Below, piece by piece: positions 11,511 to 24,232 of a DNA stretch of 64,000 nt (positions within the stretch are counted from its first letter, which is position 1; every line of letters starts with the position of its first letter). Under the pieces are notes generated by a model. The model saw only the letters and a list, made by a program, of their open reading frames with translations. It had not been told where the DNA came from and ran no database searches. The stretch comes from Eledone cirrhosa (Eukaryota), in contig OZ024763.1 in NCBI GenBank assembly GCA_964016885.1, positions 806,001 through 870,000 of the forward strand. Reading direction: 5' to 3'. Position numbers and translations under genes: made by a program.

Positions 11511-11564
11511 AAAGTACCAGTAATGCACTGGGTAATTGCTGGCCTTGTGCCTAAAGTAGAAACA
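11511..11564 (+). mobile_element. 5'-truncated SINE tail, copy-1 specific
   Basis: aaagtaccag..ggccttgtgcctaaagtagaaaca; empty site gaagcaac|gttatg at ~45102. Confidence 0.85.
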
Positions 11565-11717
11565 GTTATGTGCATCCTTCCAAATTCGATATGGTAAGCT
11601 ATGTTCTTTTTATCAGCTTCGGCTTTTATTTATAAACGTTTATGTACGTACGAGTCTAGATAAGCGTACGTATGTATACCTGTTTAAGCTTGTGTGTATA
11701 TAAGTATTTATAATAAT

Positions 11718-12000
11718 TGTTTCTACGTTTGGCACAAGGCCAGCAATTACCCAGTGCATTACTGGTACTTTATTTTATCGAGCCTGTAAGGATGAAAGGC
11801 AAAGTTAACCTCGGCGGGATTTGAACTCAGAATGGCAAGAGCCGTAACTCTATACGTCAAAGCATGGCGTCCGACCCTCTACTGATACTGCCAATCCACC
11901 GCCCTCTAAACAACGCCTTTCATCCTTACGGGGTCGATAAAATAAAGTACCAGTAATGTACTGAGTAATTGCTGGCCTTGTGCCTAAAGTAGAAACAATT
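11718..12000. mobile_element. Head-to-head SINE pair (full copy on -, 3' part on +) within one TSD
   Basis: TSD taagtatttataataat at 11701-11717 and 12002-12018; twin at ~45255-45540; empty paralogous site at ~39740. Confidence 0.85.
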
Positions 12001-13159
12001 ATAAGTATTTATAATAATGTTGTCCTCCCCACTTTATTGTGACAACTACTACTATTAATAATTTTAACAATATTTTTATTATTAATTCCACACGTCTCTT
12101 ATCCTCAACACTTGCTATGGCTTTCCCTCTTACATGTGATATATACTTACTATATATTTACTAATCAACATTTAATGGAAGGTGTAGAGATGTGTGACGG
12201 GACATCTGGCGGAATCCTTAGTGGCGACATGAGAACTCCGTACACCTGTGCACCCGTATATATTTATATGTGTGTGAGTGTGTGTGTTCATAAGCCCAAA
12301 TGTCTATGATTATAAGGTAACCCTATGTGTGTTATGTCGATGTCCATTTCTACATGGCATCTCTGGTCTTCGATGTTGTCGCCGCCTGCTTTACGTAGCA
12401 TCTGAACTATCTAATATTTATTCAGAGAGGTTCTCCCGTCATATCGCAAATATTCCTTTCTGACTCACGGAATACTTGTCTAGCATTATCGAGTGAAAGA
12501 TATAAAAGATATCTCTGATGTTTCTATGTATGTATGGACCTATAACTTGTGAGGGAGTTGTAGAGGTCCCACATTGACATTCGGGGTGTTCAGGGTATTT
12601 TGTATAAGGTGACAGATCCGATCTCTACCCCAGATAGGTTATGTTTTCCTGAGACGGATATAGAGTGAGAGAAAGGAATTAAGAAAGAGATATAGAAGAA
12701 TTGACCCCAGTACTACACTGCTACTTCGTTCTAACTACCTCGAATGGTTCAATATTGGAACAAAATCTTTGATGTACCTATATAAGTCATACCAGTTCTA
12801 TTTGTGTGTTTATGTACATATCTGTTTCCGTCAGTGTACGTAGAGTAGCAAGTTCGGTTTTCACACGAGCAAGCAAAGCATGTGTCCTGATGGTTTGTCA
12901 ATCGTTATTATGCTGGTATATATGTGTTTTTAATATATATGTATGAGTATTTGTATAGAAGTGTTTATGCATGTATGTGTGTATATATATATATATATAT
13001 ATTAAAGAGAAGATATGTATCATAAGAAAAGAGGAGACAAAAAGTGTGGTACAGTATACTAGACGCCAATAGCCGAAGCGAGGTGTGCTCAATGCTTAAG
13101 GTGCAGAGTTAAATATTAAAGAAGGGTTATTATTTAATGAATATATATGTGTACGTATA

Positions 13160-13380
13160 TATGAAATCGCCCAGGTTGGGAAACCCTGGGGTAAGCTAAA
13201 TAAAGATGGAGTTGAGAGATCAGTTTTTAAATAATTATCCCTTCCCAACTTCCCCTTGTCTGTAGACTGTATTCTAAATATTATATAACAACCTTAATAC
13301 TTAATAATATAGACATGAAAATATAAATGTTAATACAGTATTCCAGAAGTAAAATATAGATCTAATGGGAAGAGGTGAGA
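13160..13380 (-). pseudogene. GPCR type Y (Y2-like) TM6-TM7 fragment
   Basis: Homologous to 7325-7535; NYLKTDL..PSLFSL; twin at ~46700-46920. Confidence 0.45.
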
Positions 13381-13481
13381 TTAAAGGTAAATGACACCTC
13401 TGATTTGCAATATTTTTATTGTATTGTTGTATCTAAGTATTATAGATGATTTAAATTTTATTTTGTATAAAAAGAAATATC

Positions 13482-13672
13482 ATTGTTTCTACTTTTGGCA
13501 CAAGGCCAGCAATTATTCCAGTGCATGACTGGTACTTTATTTTATCGACGCCGTAAGGATGAAAGGTAAAGTTAACCTCAGCGGGATTTGAACTCAGAGC
13601 GTAAAGGGCCGTGACTCTATGCTGCAAAGCATGGTGTCCGACTCTCTACTGATACTGCCAATCTACTGCCCT
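13482..13672 (-). mobile_element. tRNA-SINE
   Basis: Reverse complement of the 542-729 family; twin at ~47021-47212. Confidence 0.85.
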
Positions 13673-13902
13673 TAAAATTGTATTATATTTCTTATAAAAA
13701 GAAATATAATACAATATTTACAGAACGAAAGCAAAAAACAATTATATAATATAATATAATATATAAAGGAAAGGGAAAGGAAAAACAAAAGAAAAAAAAA
13801 ACACAGAAGCTAGATGTTTCGACAGCTAGATCCGAACTAATTTGTTTGCAACGTTTTTTAATATGAAATCGTATGTCGAAACAAATTATATTTGGGAAGG
13901 GT

Positions 13903-14629
13903 CATATTGTTATAGTATTGCCAGAAATATATAATAAAACAGTTTGGGTTGGGTTGGTTTTGGCTTCCGTATATTCTACATCCCGATAGTTAATTTAGCT
14001 GGCAATCAATGTTTATCATTGATTGACCAACTGTTTATATATATATATATTTATTTATAGTCTGAATTCTTTCATCACACACTTGTGACATCATCAGTGA
14101 TATTATTGTTTCCTCCCGTTGTTTTGTAATGTTTACTTAGTCAATTGTTTATTTATTTGTCTCGATTTCCGAATGTGTTTCTATGCGCGTTTTCTGTTTG
14201 GTTTGTGTTGGTGTTTGTATTCTATCTTTGGTCACTAGTGTGTATTTGTATGGTTGTTGTTGTTCCATTCAAGTTTTCTGTTCTACTTCGGTTTTCTTGG
14301 TTCTATTTCAGTTGCTTCCCTAATTCAGGGATTTTATAGTAGATCCTGGCTTTTCTACCACTTTAATCTTTCTTGTGGCCTTTGATTGGTTGTTGTACCA
14401 TCATTACAATACAACAGGAAGAAACAATAGTATCACTGATCTCACAGGTGTGTGACGAAAGAACTCTGGGAGACTATGTATATATATATAAAACTGTTGG
14501 TCAATCAATAAAACATTGATTGCTAGTTAAATTAACTATAGGGATAGATATAAAATATATGGAAGTGAAATCCAACCCAAACCAAAAAGTGAGTTTTATT
14601 ATTTCTGGCAATATAATAATATCCCCCAC

Positions 14630-14669
<40 letters not shown>

Positions 14670-14711
14670 GTGGGGGATATTATTATATTTCCAGAAATAA
14701 TAAAACTCACT

Positions 14712-14712
<1 letters not shown>
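13903..14712. mobile_element. Penelope-like inverted termini with hammerhead-like core and nested palindrome
   Basis: 13903-14133 inverted vs 14402-14620; CTGATGA-t-GTCACA-agtg-TGTGAT-GAAA on - at 14064-14097; palindrome 14585-14712 around (TA)n; twin at ~47443-48265. Confidence 0.55.
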
Positions 14713-14750
<38 letters not shown>

Positions 14751-15084
14751 ATAATAATAAATTTGAAGACTAAAATCCAAAGAGGGCTCGATAAGGATAA
14801 ATATATATCAAATATATAAGAACCGTAGAGCAAATATTTATTAAAATAACAGATCCCGTTAAGGGTGAAAGCAGCGATTCTTTGCTTAAACTTTAATCTG
14901 TTATTTTAATAAATATATATATATATATATTTGTATATGTATTCCCCATTTCTCTTTTTCTATTTATCATCTATTTATTTTTGAAATAACTTTTTATAGT
15001 AATGGGCTAGAATGGTTTGACGTTGTACCTCTGTAGTTAGACGACTTAGATTTTCCATGCATTATGGCGTGAAACGACTGAGAG

Positions 15085-15399
<315 letters not shown>

Positions 15400-15967
15400 A
15401 CCCTTCTACAACTGCACGCAAACTGATATCCCCCCCTGTTCAAAAGCCCCCACACTATCTCCATGCTAGCCCCCCACACACACTCTCGCCATGTTTGCCC
15501 CACCACCACACTCTCGCCATGTTTCCCACCACCACCACCACCAGCGCACTCTTCATGTTAGCCCCCCCACATACACACACACCACACTCTTCATGTTAGC
15601 CATATTACCTCCACATTGTTAATGTTAACCCTATATTATCTAAATTAACCCCTACGCAAAAAATTACTCCCCTACTCACACACTGTTCATATAACAAATA
15701 TTGTTTTAATTTTGTAGTGACCCAGTCCCGTCCTGGCAACCTTACAGAAGAAGGGGACGTCATTGTTCTGGCTGACCACACCAATACCCACCCATTTGCC
15801 CTCTGTCAACATAAACGTAAATATTATCTCTGAGATTGGTCTGGCTGTCTACCATCTCCAGTTTAAACTGACCGGAGATGGTAAACAACACTGTATATCT
15901 ATGGTAAGTATTGATGGTTTATATTAAGGCTGTGTATATGTATGTTTGTGTGTGTGTTTGTGTGTAT

Positions 15968-16194
15968 TTAACACTTTAGCATTCACATTACTCTATATCT
16001 ACTATTGTATTTTCACAGTAAAGACTTGATCTCACATAATTATTCACATCGAATCTGAGATTTTGATGATGATATTATTTACTTTGAAAACAATACCTTA
16101 ACATCAGTATGTGTGGCTAGTTACGGTCCGTTTGAACAGAAAGAGGTGAGAGAATTCTGGCCAGATATGGCCGATTTAAATGCTAAAGGGTTAA
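15968..16194. mobile_element. piggyBac-type MITE
   Basis: TTAA-cactttagcatt ... aatgctaaaggg-TTAA terminal inverted repeats with TTAA sites; twin at 49571-49791. Confidence 0.75.
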
Positions 16195-16323
16195 ACATGC
16201 GTATGTGTTCTCTCTCTCTCCCGGTCTCTCCCTCCCACTCTGATGAGATGGGCTCCACCAGGTTTATAAATGCCCAAGGCACACTCTACATCTCTATGGC
16301 GCCCGACTCCTCCAAGAGTTGGG

Positions 16324-16467
<144 letters not shown>

Positions 16468-16969
16468 CACAATTTAATGTCCATTTTTCTACGCTAGCAT
16501 GGGTTAGACGAGTTGTCCTATTGTGGGCAATGTCAGGTGACCATGTCTTGCTCATACAGAACTGATCTTGGCTTCGCTTTAACAGCTGGAAGCCTTTCAA
16601 AACGCTAACCTCATTTACAGTGAGTACTGTTTATTTTGTATGTCGTGACCCCTACACCTTGGTCAAAATCAGTGACTCCTACACCTTGGTCGGAGCAGTG
16701 ATCTCTAGTTTTCTTTCAAACTATATTTTTTTTCTTAAATTTAATTAAAAGAAATTTTATTAGATTTAGTTTCGGATAATTCTGTTTACATAAATAGCAA
16801 ATCTTTTGATAATTTATGTAAAGTAAATATTGTATATACTTGTATATATGTCGATAAATGTGACAAAATATTGATGGTAAAATAGGGAGGAGGACTTGTC
16901 TTCGAGGTCAATATTTTGATTTCACCAACTTAAAAATTATATGTAAATGAGGTGCTAAAATATCTTCGC

Positions 16970-17977
16970 TTTGGAGATGAATGTTGCACCAGTTTCACTT
17001 TGGAGGTGAATATTACACCAGTTTCACTTTGGAGGTGAATATTACACCAGTTTCACTTTGGAATATTACACCAGTTTCACTTTGGAATATTACACCAGTT
17101 TCATTTTGGAATATTACACCAGTTTCACTTTGCAGGTGAATATATTACACCAGTTTCACTTTGCAGGTGAAAATATTACACCAGTTTCACTTTGCAGGTG
17201 GATATATTACACCAGTTTTACTTTCGATGTGGATATATTACACCAGTTTCACTTTGGAGGTGAATGTTACACCAGTTTCACTTTGGAATATTACACCAGT
17301 TTACACTTTGGGGGTGAATATTACACTAGTTTCACTTTGGAATATTACACCAGTTTCACTTTGGAATATTACACCAGTTTACACTTTGGAGGTAAATATT
17401 ACACCAGTTTACACTTTGGAATATTACACCAGTTTACACTTTGGAGGAGAATATTACACCAGTTTCACTTTGTAGGTGTATATTACACCAGTTTCACTTT
17501 GGAATATTACACCAGTTTACACTTTGGAATATTACACCAGTTTACACTTTGGAGGTGAATATTAATTACACCGGTTTCACTTTGTAGGTGAATATTACAC
17601 CAGTTTACACTTTGGAGGTGAATATTACATCAATTTCACTTTCTAATATTGCACCAGTTTCACTTTGGAATATTACACCAGTTTCACTTTGGAATATTGC
17701 ACCAGTTTCACTTTGCAGGTGAATATATTACACCAGTTTCACTTTGCAGGTGAATAAATTACACCAGTTTCACTTTGGATGTGGATATATTACACCAGTT
17801 TCACTTTGCAGGTGAATATATTACACCAGTTTCACTTTGGTGGTGGATATATTACACCAGTTTCACTTTGGAGGTGTATAATACACCAGTTTCCCTTTGG
17901 AATATTACACCAGTTTCACTTTGGAATATTACACCAGTTTCACTTTGGAATATTACACCAGTTTCACTTTGGAGGTG
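16970..17977 (+). repeat. 24-31 bp minisatellite (TTACACCAGTTTCACTTTG core)
   Basis: Tandem units with ggaata, gcaggtgaatata or ggaggtgaata linkers; also at 20098-20390, 22296-22500 and 51882-53520. Confidence 0.97.
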
Positions 17978-18135
17978 AAATTTATATTTGCTATTATATT
18001 TGATGATTTTAATGAATATGGCCTTGAAATCAATCAGAAAATGGTACACATCACTCACCACACATAATACTCTACACAACGCACATTACCTTCTACACAC
18101 CACACACATCACCACACATATTACCACACTACACC

Positions 18136-18287
18136 GTCGGACGCCATGCTTTGACGCATAGAATTACGCCCCTTTCCATTCTGAGTTCAAATCCGGCCGA
18201 GGTTAACTGTCTTTCATTCTTACGGGGTCGATAAAATAAATTACCAGTGGGTAATTGCTGGACTTGTGCCAAAAGTATAAACAATTA
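18136..18287 (+). mobile_element. 5'-truncated tRNA-SINE
   Basis: ctgagttcaaatccggccgagg..ggggtcgataaaataaa; repeated at ~20557, ~22691 and ~54091. Confidence 0.85.
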
Positions 18288-18388
18288 TAATAGTTTCTGT
18301 ATATTTTCAATATTGTGTCGAACCTTTCCTATAATTGTAAAATCTAAAAGTATTGTCACCTTTTTTGTGATGTCAAATAAAGTTTAAG

Positions 18389-21300
18389 TCTCCTTCCTCT
18401 CTGCTCTCTCCCTCCTCTCTCCCTCCTCTCTCCCTCCTCTCTCCCTCCTCTCTCCCTCCTCTCTCTTGTTTCACTACTCTCTCCCTCTTCTCTCTCTTGT
18501 TTCACTCCTCTCTCCCTCTTCTCTCTTGATTCACTCTTCTCTCTTGTTTCACGCCTCTCTCCCTCCTCTCTCTCTTGTTTCACACCTCTCCCTCCTCTCT
18601 CCCTCCTCTCTCCCTCCTCTCTCTCTTGTTTCACACCTCTCCCTCCTCTCTCCCTCCTCTCTCACTCCTCTCTCCCTCCTCTCTCCCCCCTCCCTCTCCC
18701 TCCCTCTCCTCTCTCACGTTTCACTCCTCTCCCTCTTGTTTCACTCCTCTCTCTCCCCTCTCCCTCCTCTCTCCCTTCCTCCTCTTTCCCTCCTCTCTCT
18801 TGTTTCATTCCTCTCTCCCTCCTCTCCCTCTTGTTTCACTCCTCTCTCCCTTCTCTCTCTCTCCCTCCTCTCTCTCCTCTCTCCCTCCTCTCCTTCTTGT
18901 TTCATTCCTCTCCCTCCTCTCTCCTCTCTCAACTTTCACTCCTCTCTCAACTTTCACTCCTCTCCCTCTTGTTTCACTCCTCTCTCTCTCCCCTCTCCCT
19001 CCTCTCTCCCTTCCTCCTCTTTCCCTCATCTCTCCCTCCTCTCCCTCCTCCTCTCCCTCCTCCTCTCTTGTTTCACTCCTCTCTCCCTCCTCCTCTCTTG
19101 TTTCACTCCTCTCTCTTGTTTCACTCATCTCTCCCTCCTCCCTCCCTCTCTTGTTTCACTCCTCTCTCCCTCCTCTCTCTCTCTTCTTTCACTCCTCTCT
19201 CCCCTCCTCTCTCTCTCTTCTTTCACTCCTCTCTCCCTCCTCTCTCTCGTGTCTCCCTCCTCTCTCCCTTGTTTCACCTCTCTCTCTTTTTTACCTCCTC
19301 TCTCTCGTTTCACTCCTCCCTCCCCTTCTCTCTTGTTTCACTCCTCTCTTCCTCCTCTCTCTTGATTCACACTTCTCACTTGATTCACTCTTTTGATTCA
19401 CTCTTCTCTCTTGTTTCACTCCTCTCTCCCTTCTCTCTCCCTCCTCTCTTGTTTCACTCCTCTCTCCCTCTTCTCTCTTGATTCACACTTCTCACTTGAT
19501 TCACTCTTTTGATTCACTCTTCTCTCTTGTTTCACTCCTCTCTCCCTTCTCTCTCCCTCCTCTCTTGTTTCACTCCTCTCTCCCTCTTCTCTCTTGATTC
19601 ACACTTCTCACTTGATTCACTCTTTTGATTCACTCTTCTCTCTTGTTTCACTCCTCTCTCCCTTCTCTCTCCCTCCTCTCTTGTTTCACTCCTCTCTCCC
19701 TCCTCCTCTCTCTTGTTTCACTCCTCTCTCCCTCCTCTCTCTCTCTCTTGTTTCACTCCTCTCTCCCTCCTCTCTCTCTCTCTCTCTCTTGTTTCACTCC
19801 TCTCTCCCTCCTCTCTCTCTCTCTTGTTTCACTCCTCTCCCTCCTCTCTCTCTCTTGTTTCACTCCTCTCTCTTGTTTCACTCCTCCCTCTCCCTCCTCT
19901 CTCTCCTCTCTCCCTCCTCTCTCCCTCCTCTCCCTCCTCTTTCCCTTCTCTCCCTCCTCTCTCTTGTTTCACTCCTCTCTTCCTCTCTTGTTTTACTCCT
20001 CTCTCACTCCTCTCTTTCTCTTGATTCACACTTCTCTCTTGATTCACTCTTCTCTCTTGATTCACTCTTCTCTCTTGTTTCACTCCTCTCTCCCTCCTTC
20101 ACTTTGGAATATTACACCAGTTTCACTTTGCAGGTGAATATATTACACCAGTTTCACTTTGGAATATTACACCAGTTTACACTTTGGAATATTACACCAG
20201 TTTACACTTTGGTGGTGAATATATTACACCAGTTTCAATTTGCAGGTGAATATTTCACTAGTTTACAGTTTGTAGGTGAATATTACACCAGTTTCACTTT
20301 GTAAGTGTATATTACACCAGTTTCCCTTTGGAATATTACACCAGTTTTACTTTGGTGGTGGATATATTACACCAGTTTCACTTTGGAGGTGAAATTTATA
20401 TTTGCTATTATATTTGATGATTTTAATGAATATGGCCTTGAAATCAATCAGAAAATGGTACACATCACTCACCACACATTATACTCTACACACCACACTC
20501 CGCACATTACCTTCTACACACCACACACATCACCACACATATTACCACACTACACCGTCGGACGCCATGCTTTGACGCATAGAATTACGCCCCTTTCCAT
20601 TCTGAGTTCAAATCCGGCCGAGGTTAACTGTCTTTCATTCTTACGGGGTCGATAAAATAAATTACCAGTGGGTAATTGCTGGACTTGTGTCAAAAGTATA
20701 AACAATTATAATAGTTTCTGTATATTTTCTATATTGTGTAGTTATCATGTCGAACCTTTCCTATAATTGTAAAATCTAAAAGTACTGTCAAACTTTATTT
20801 GACATCACAAAAAGGTAAGTCTCCCTCCTCTCTGCTCTCTCTATTCTCTCCCTCCTCTCTCCCTCCTCTCCTTCTTGTTTCATTCCTCTCTCCTTCCTCC
20901 TCTCTCCCTCCTCTCTCTCCCTCCCTCCTCTCTCCCTCCCTCCTCTCTTTCTTGTTTCATTCCTCTCTCCCCTCTCCCTCCTCTCTCTCTCCCTCCCTCC
21001 TCTCTCCCTCCCTCCTCTCTCCCTCCCTCCTCTCTTTCTTGTTTCATTCCTCTCTCCCCTCTCCCTCCTCTCTCTCTTGTTTCATTCCTCTCTCCCCTCT
21101 CCCTCCTCTCTCTTGTTTCACTCCCCTTTCTCTCCCTCCTCTCTCTCTCTTGTTTCACTCCTCTCTCTTGTTTCACTCCTCTCTCTCTTGTTTCACTCCT
21201 CTCTCCCTCCTCCTCTCTCTTGTTTCACTCCTCTCTCCCTCCTCCCTCTCTTGTTTCACTCCTCTCTCGTTTCACTCCTCTCCCTCCTCCCTCTCTTGTT

Positions 21301-24232
21301 TCACTCCTCTCTCCCTCCTGTTTCACTCTTGTTTCTCTCCTCTGTCCCTCCCCTCTCTCTTGTTTCACTCCCCTCTCCCTTGTTTCACTCCTCTGTCCCT
21401 CCTCTCTCCTCTCCTTTCCCCACCCCCTCCTCTCCCCTCCATCACCCCCTCTCCCCTCCATCACCCCCTCTCCCCTCCATCACCCCCTCTCCCCTCCTCT
21501 CTCCCCTCCATCACCCCCTCTCCCCTCCTCTCTCCCCTCCATCACCCCCTCTCCCCTCCTCTCTCCCTCCTCTCTCTCTTGTTTCACTCCTCTCTCCCTC
21601 CTTTCTCTCTCCCCTCTCCCTCCTTTCTCTCCCCCCCCCCCTCCTCTCTCCCATCCCCCCCCCTCCTCTCTCTCCTCTCTCTCTCCCCTACTCTCTCTCG
21701 TGTCTCCCTCCTCTCCCCCTCCTCTCTCCTCTCTCCCTCCTCTCTCTCTCCTCTCTCTTGTTTCACTCCTCTCTCCATCCTCTCTCCTCTCTCTCTACTC
21801 TCTCTTGTTTCACTTCTCTCTCGTGTTTCACTCTTCTCTCTCTCTACTCTCTCTTGTTTCACTTCTCTCTCGTGTTTCACTCTTCTCTCCCTCTTCTCTC
21901 TCGTGTTTCACTCCTCTCTCTCCTCTCTCTCTCTCTTGTTTCACTCCTCTCTCCCTCCTCTCTCTCTCTCTCTTGTTTCTCTCTTGTTTCTCTCCTCTCT
22001 CCCTCTCTCTCTTGTTTCACTCCTCTCTCCCTCCTCCCTCTCTTGTTTCACTCCTCTCTCCCTCCTCCCTCCCTCCTCCCTCTCTTGTTTCACTCCTCTC
22101 TCTCCCTCCTCTCTCTCTCTCTTGTTTCACTCCTCTCTCTCCCTCCTCTCTCTCTTGTTTCACTCCTCTCTCCCTCCTCTCTCTCTTGTTTCACTCCTCT
22201 CTCCCTCCTCCCTCTCTTGTTTCACTCCTCTCTCCCTCATGTTTCACTCCTCTCTCCCTCCTCTCCCTCTCTTGTTTCACTCCTCTCTCCCTCCTTCACT
22301 TTGGAATATTACACCAGTTTCACTTTGGAATATTACACCAGTTTCACTGTGGATATATTACACCAGTTTCACTTTTGATGTGGATATATTACACCAGTTT
22401 CAATTTGGAATATTAAACCAGTTTACACTTTGGATGTGGATATATTACACCAGTTTACACTTTGGATGTGGATATATTACACCAGTTTCACTTTGGAGGT
22501 GAAATTTATATTTGCTATTATATTTGATGATTTTAATGAATATGGCCTTGAAATCAATCAGAAAATGGTACACATCACTCACCACACATTATACTCTACA
22601 CACCACACTCCGCACATTACCTTCTACACACCACACACATTACCTTCTACACACCACACACATCACCACACATATTACCACACTACACCGTCGGACGCCA
22701 TGCTTTGACGCATAGAATTACGCCCCTTTCCATTCTGAGTTCAAATCCGGCCGAGGTTAACTGTCTTTCATTCTTACGGGGTCGATAAAATAAATTACCA
22801 GTGGGTAATTGCTGGACTTGTGCCAAAAGTATAAACAATTATAATAGTTTCTGTATATTTTCTATATTGTGTAGTTATCATATCGAACCATTCCTATAAT
22901 TGTAAAATCTAAAAGTACTGTCAAACTTAATTTGACGTCACAAAAAGGTAAGTCTCCCTCCTCTCTGCTCTCTCTATTCTCTCCCTCCTCTCTCTTGTTT
23001 CACTCCTCTCTCCCTCCTCTCTCTTTTTTCTCTCCTCTCTCCCTCCTCTCTCTCTCTCTCCCTCCTCTCTCTCTCTCCCTCTCTCCCTCCTCTCTCTCTC
23101 CCTCCTCTCCTTCTTGTTTCCTTCCTCCTCTCTCTCTCTCCCTCCTCTCCTTCTTGTTTCCTTCCTCCTCTCTCTCTCTCCCTCCTCTCCTTCTTGTTTC
23201 CTTCCTCCTCTCTCTCTCTCCCTCCTCTCCTTCTTGTTTCCTTCCTCCTCTCTCTCTCCCTCCTCTCCTTCTTGTTTCCTTCCTCCTCTTTCCCTCCTCT
23301 CTCTTGTTTCCTCCTCTCTCTCCTCTCTTGTTTCACTCCTCTCTCCCTCCCTCCTCTCTCTCTTGTTTCCCTCCTCTCTCCCTTGTTTCATTCCTCTCCC
23401 CTCTCCCTTCTCTCTCTCTTGTTTCACTCCTCTCTCCCTCCTCCTCTCTCTTGTTTCGCTCCTCTCTCCCTCCTTTCGCTCCTCTCTCCCTCCTCCTCTC
23501 TCGTTTCACTCCTCCCTCTCTTGTTTCACTCCTCTCTCCCTCCTGTTTCACTCTTGTTTCTCTCCTCTCTCCCTCCCCTCTCTCTTGTTTCTCTCCTCTC
23601 TCCCTCCCCTCTCTCCCTCCTTTCTCCTCTCTCCCCTCCCCCTCCTCTCTCTCTCTCACTCCTCCTCTCTCTTGTTTCACTCCTCTCTCCTTCCTCTCTC
23701 TCTTGTTTCACTCCTCTCTCCTTTCTCTCTCTCTCTTGTTTCACTCCTCTCTCCTTTCTCTCTCTCTCTTGTTTCACTCCTCTCTCCTTTCTCTCTCTCT
23801 TGTTTCACTCCTCTCTCCTTTCTCTCTCTCTCTTGTTTCACTCCTCTCTCCCTCCTCTCTCTCGTGTTTCACTCCTCTCTCCCTCTTCTCTCTCCCTCCT
23901 CTTTCTCCTGTTTCACTCCTCTCTCCCTCCTCCTCTCTCTTGTTTCACTCCTCTCTCCCCTCTCCCTCCTGTTTCATTCCTCTCTTCCTCCTCTCTCCCT
24001 CCTCCTCTCTCTCTCTCCTCCTCTCACTCTCTCCCTCCTCCTCTCTCTCTTGTTTCACTCTTCCTCTCCTCTCCCTCCTCCCCTCTCCCCTCCTCTCTCT
24101 CTCTCTCTCTCCTTTCTTTCATCTGTTTCTCTCTCTCCCCCCTCTCTCTCTCTTGTTTCTCTCCCCTACCTCTCTCTTCTCTCCCTCATCTCTGTCTCGT
24201 TTCTCTCATTTCTCCTCACTCGTGTTTCTCTC
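18389..24232 (+). repeat. Three polypyrimidine (CT-rich) satellite blocks: 18389-20097, 20821-22295, 22953-24232
   Basis: Degenerate unit cttgtttcactcctctctccctcctct; produces the spurious S/L/P-rich ORFs. Confidence 0.97.

Noticed and set aside
12190-12260. Actin-like start MCDG..
   Set aside because: Similarity ends after three residues and no actin sequence follows.
16970-17977. CRISPR-like repeat array
   Set aside because: No unique spacers, no cas genes and a eukaryotic context; it is a minisatellite.
17975-18045. VKFIFAIIFDDFNEYGLEINQKM as an exon or RT fragment
   Set aside because: Only 23 codons, no flanking support; copies are identical only through recent duplication.
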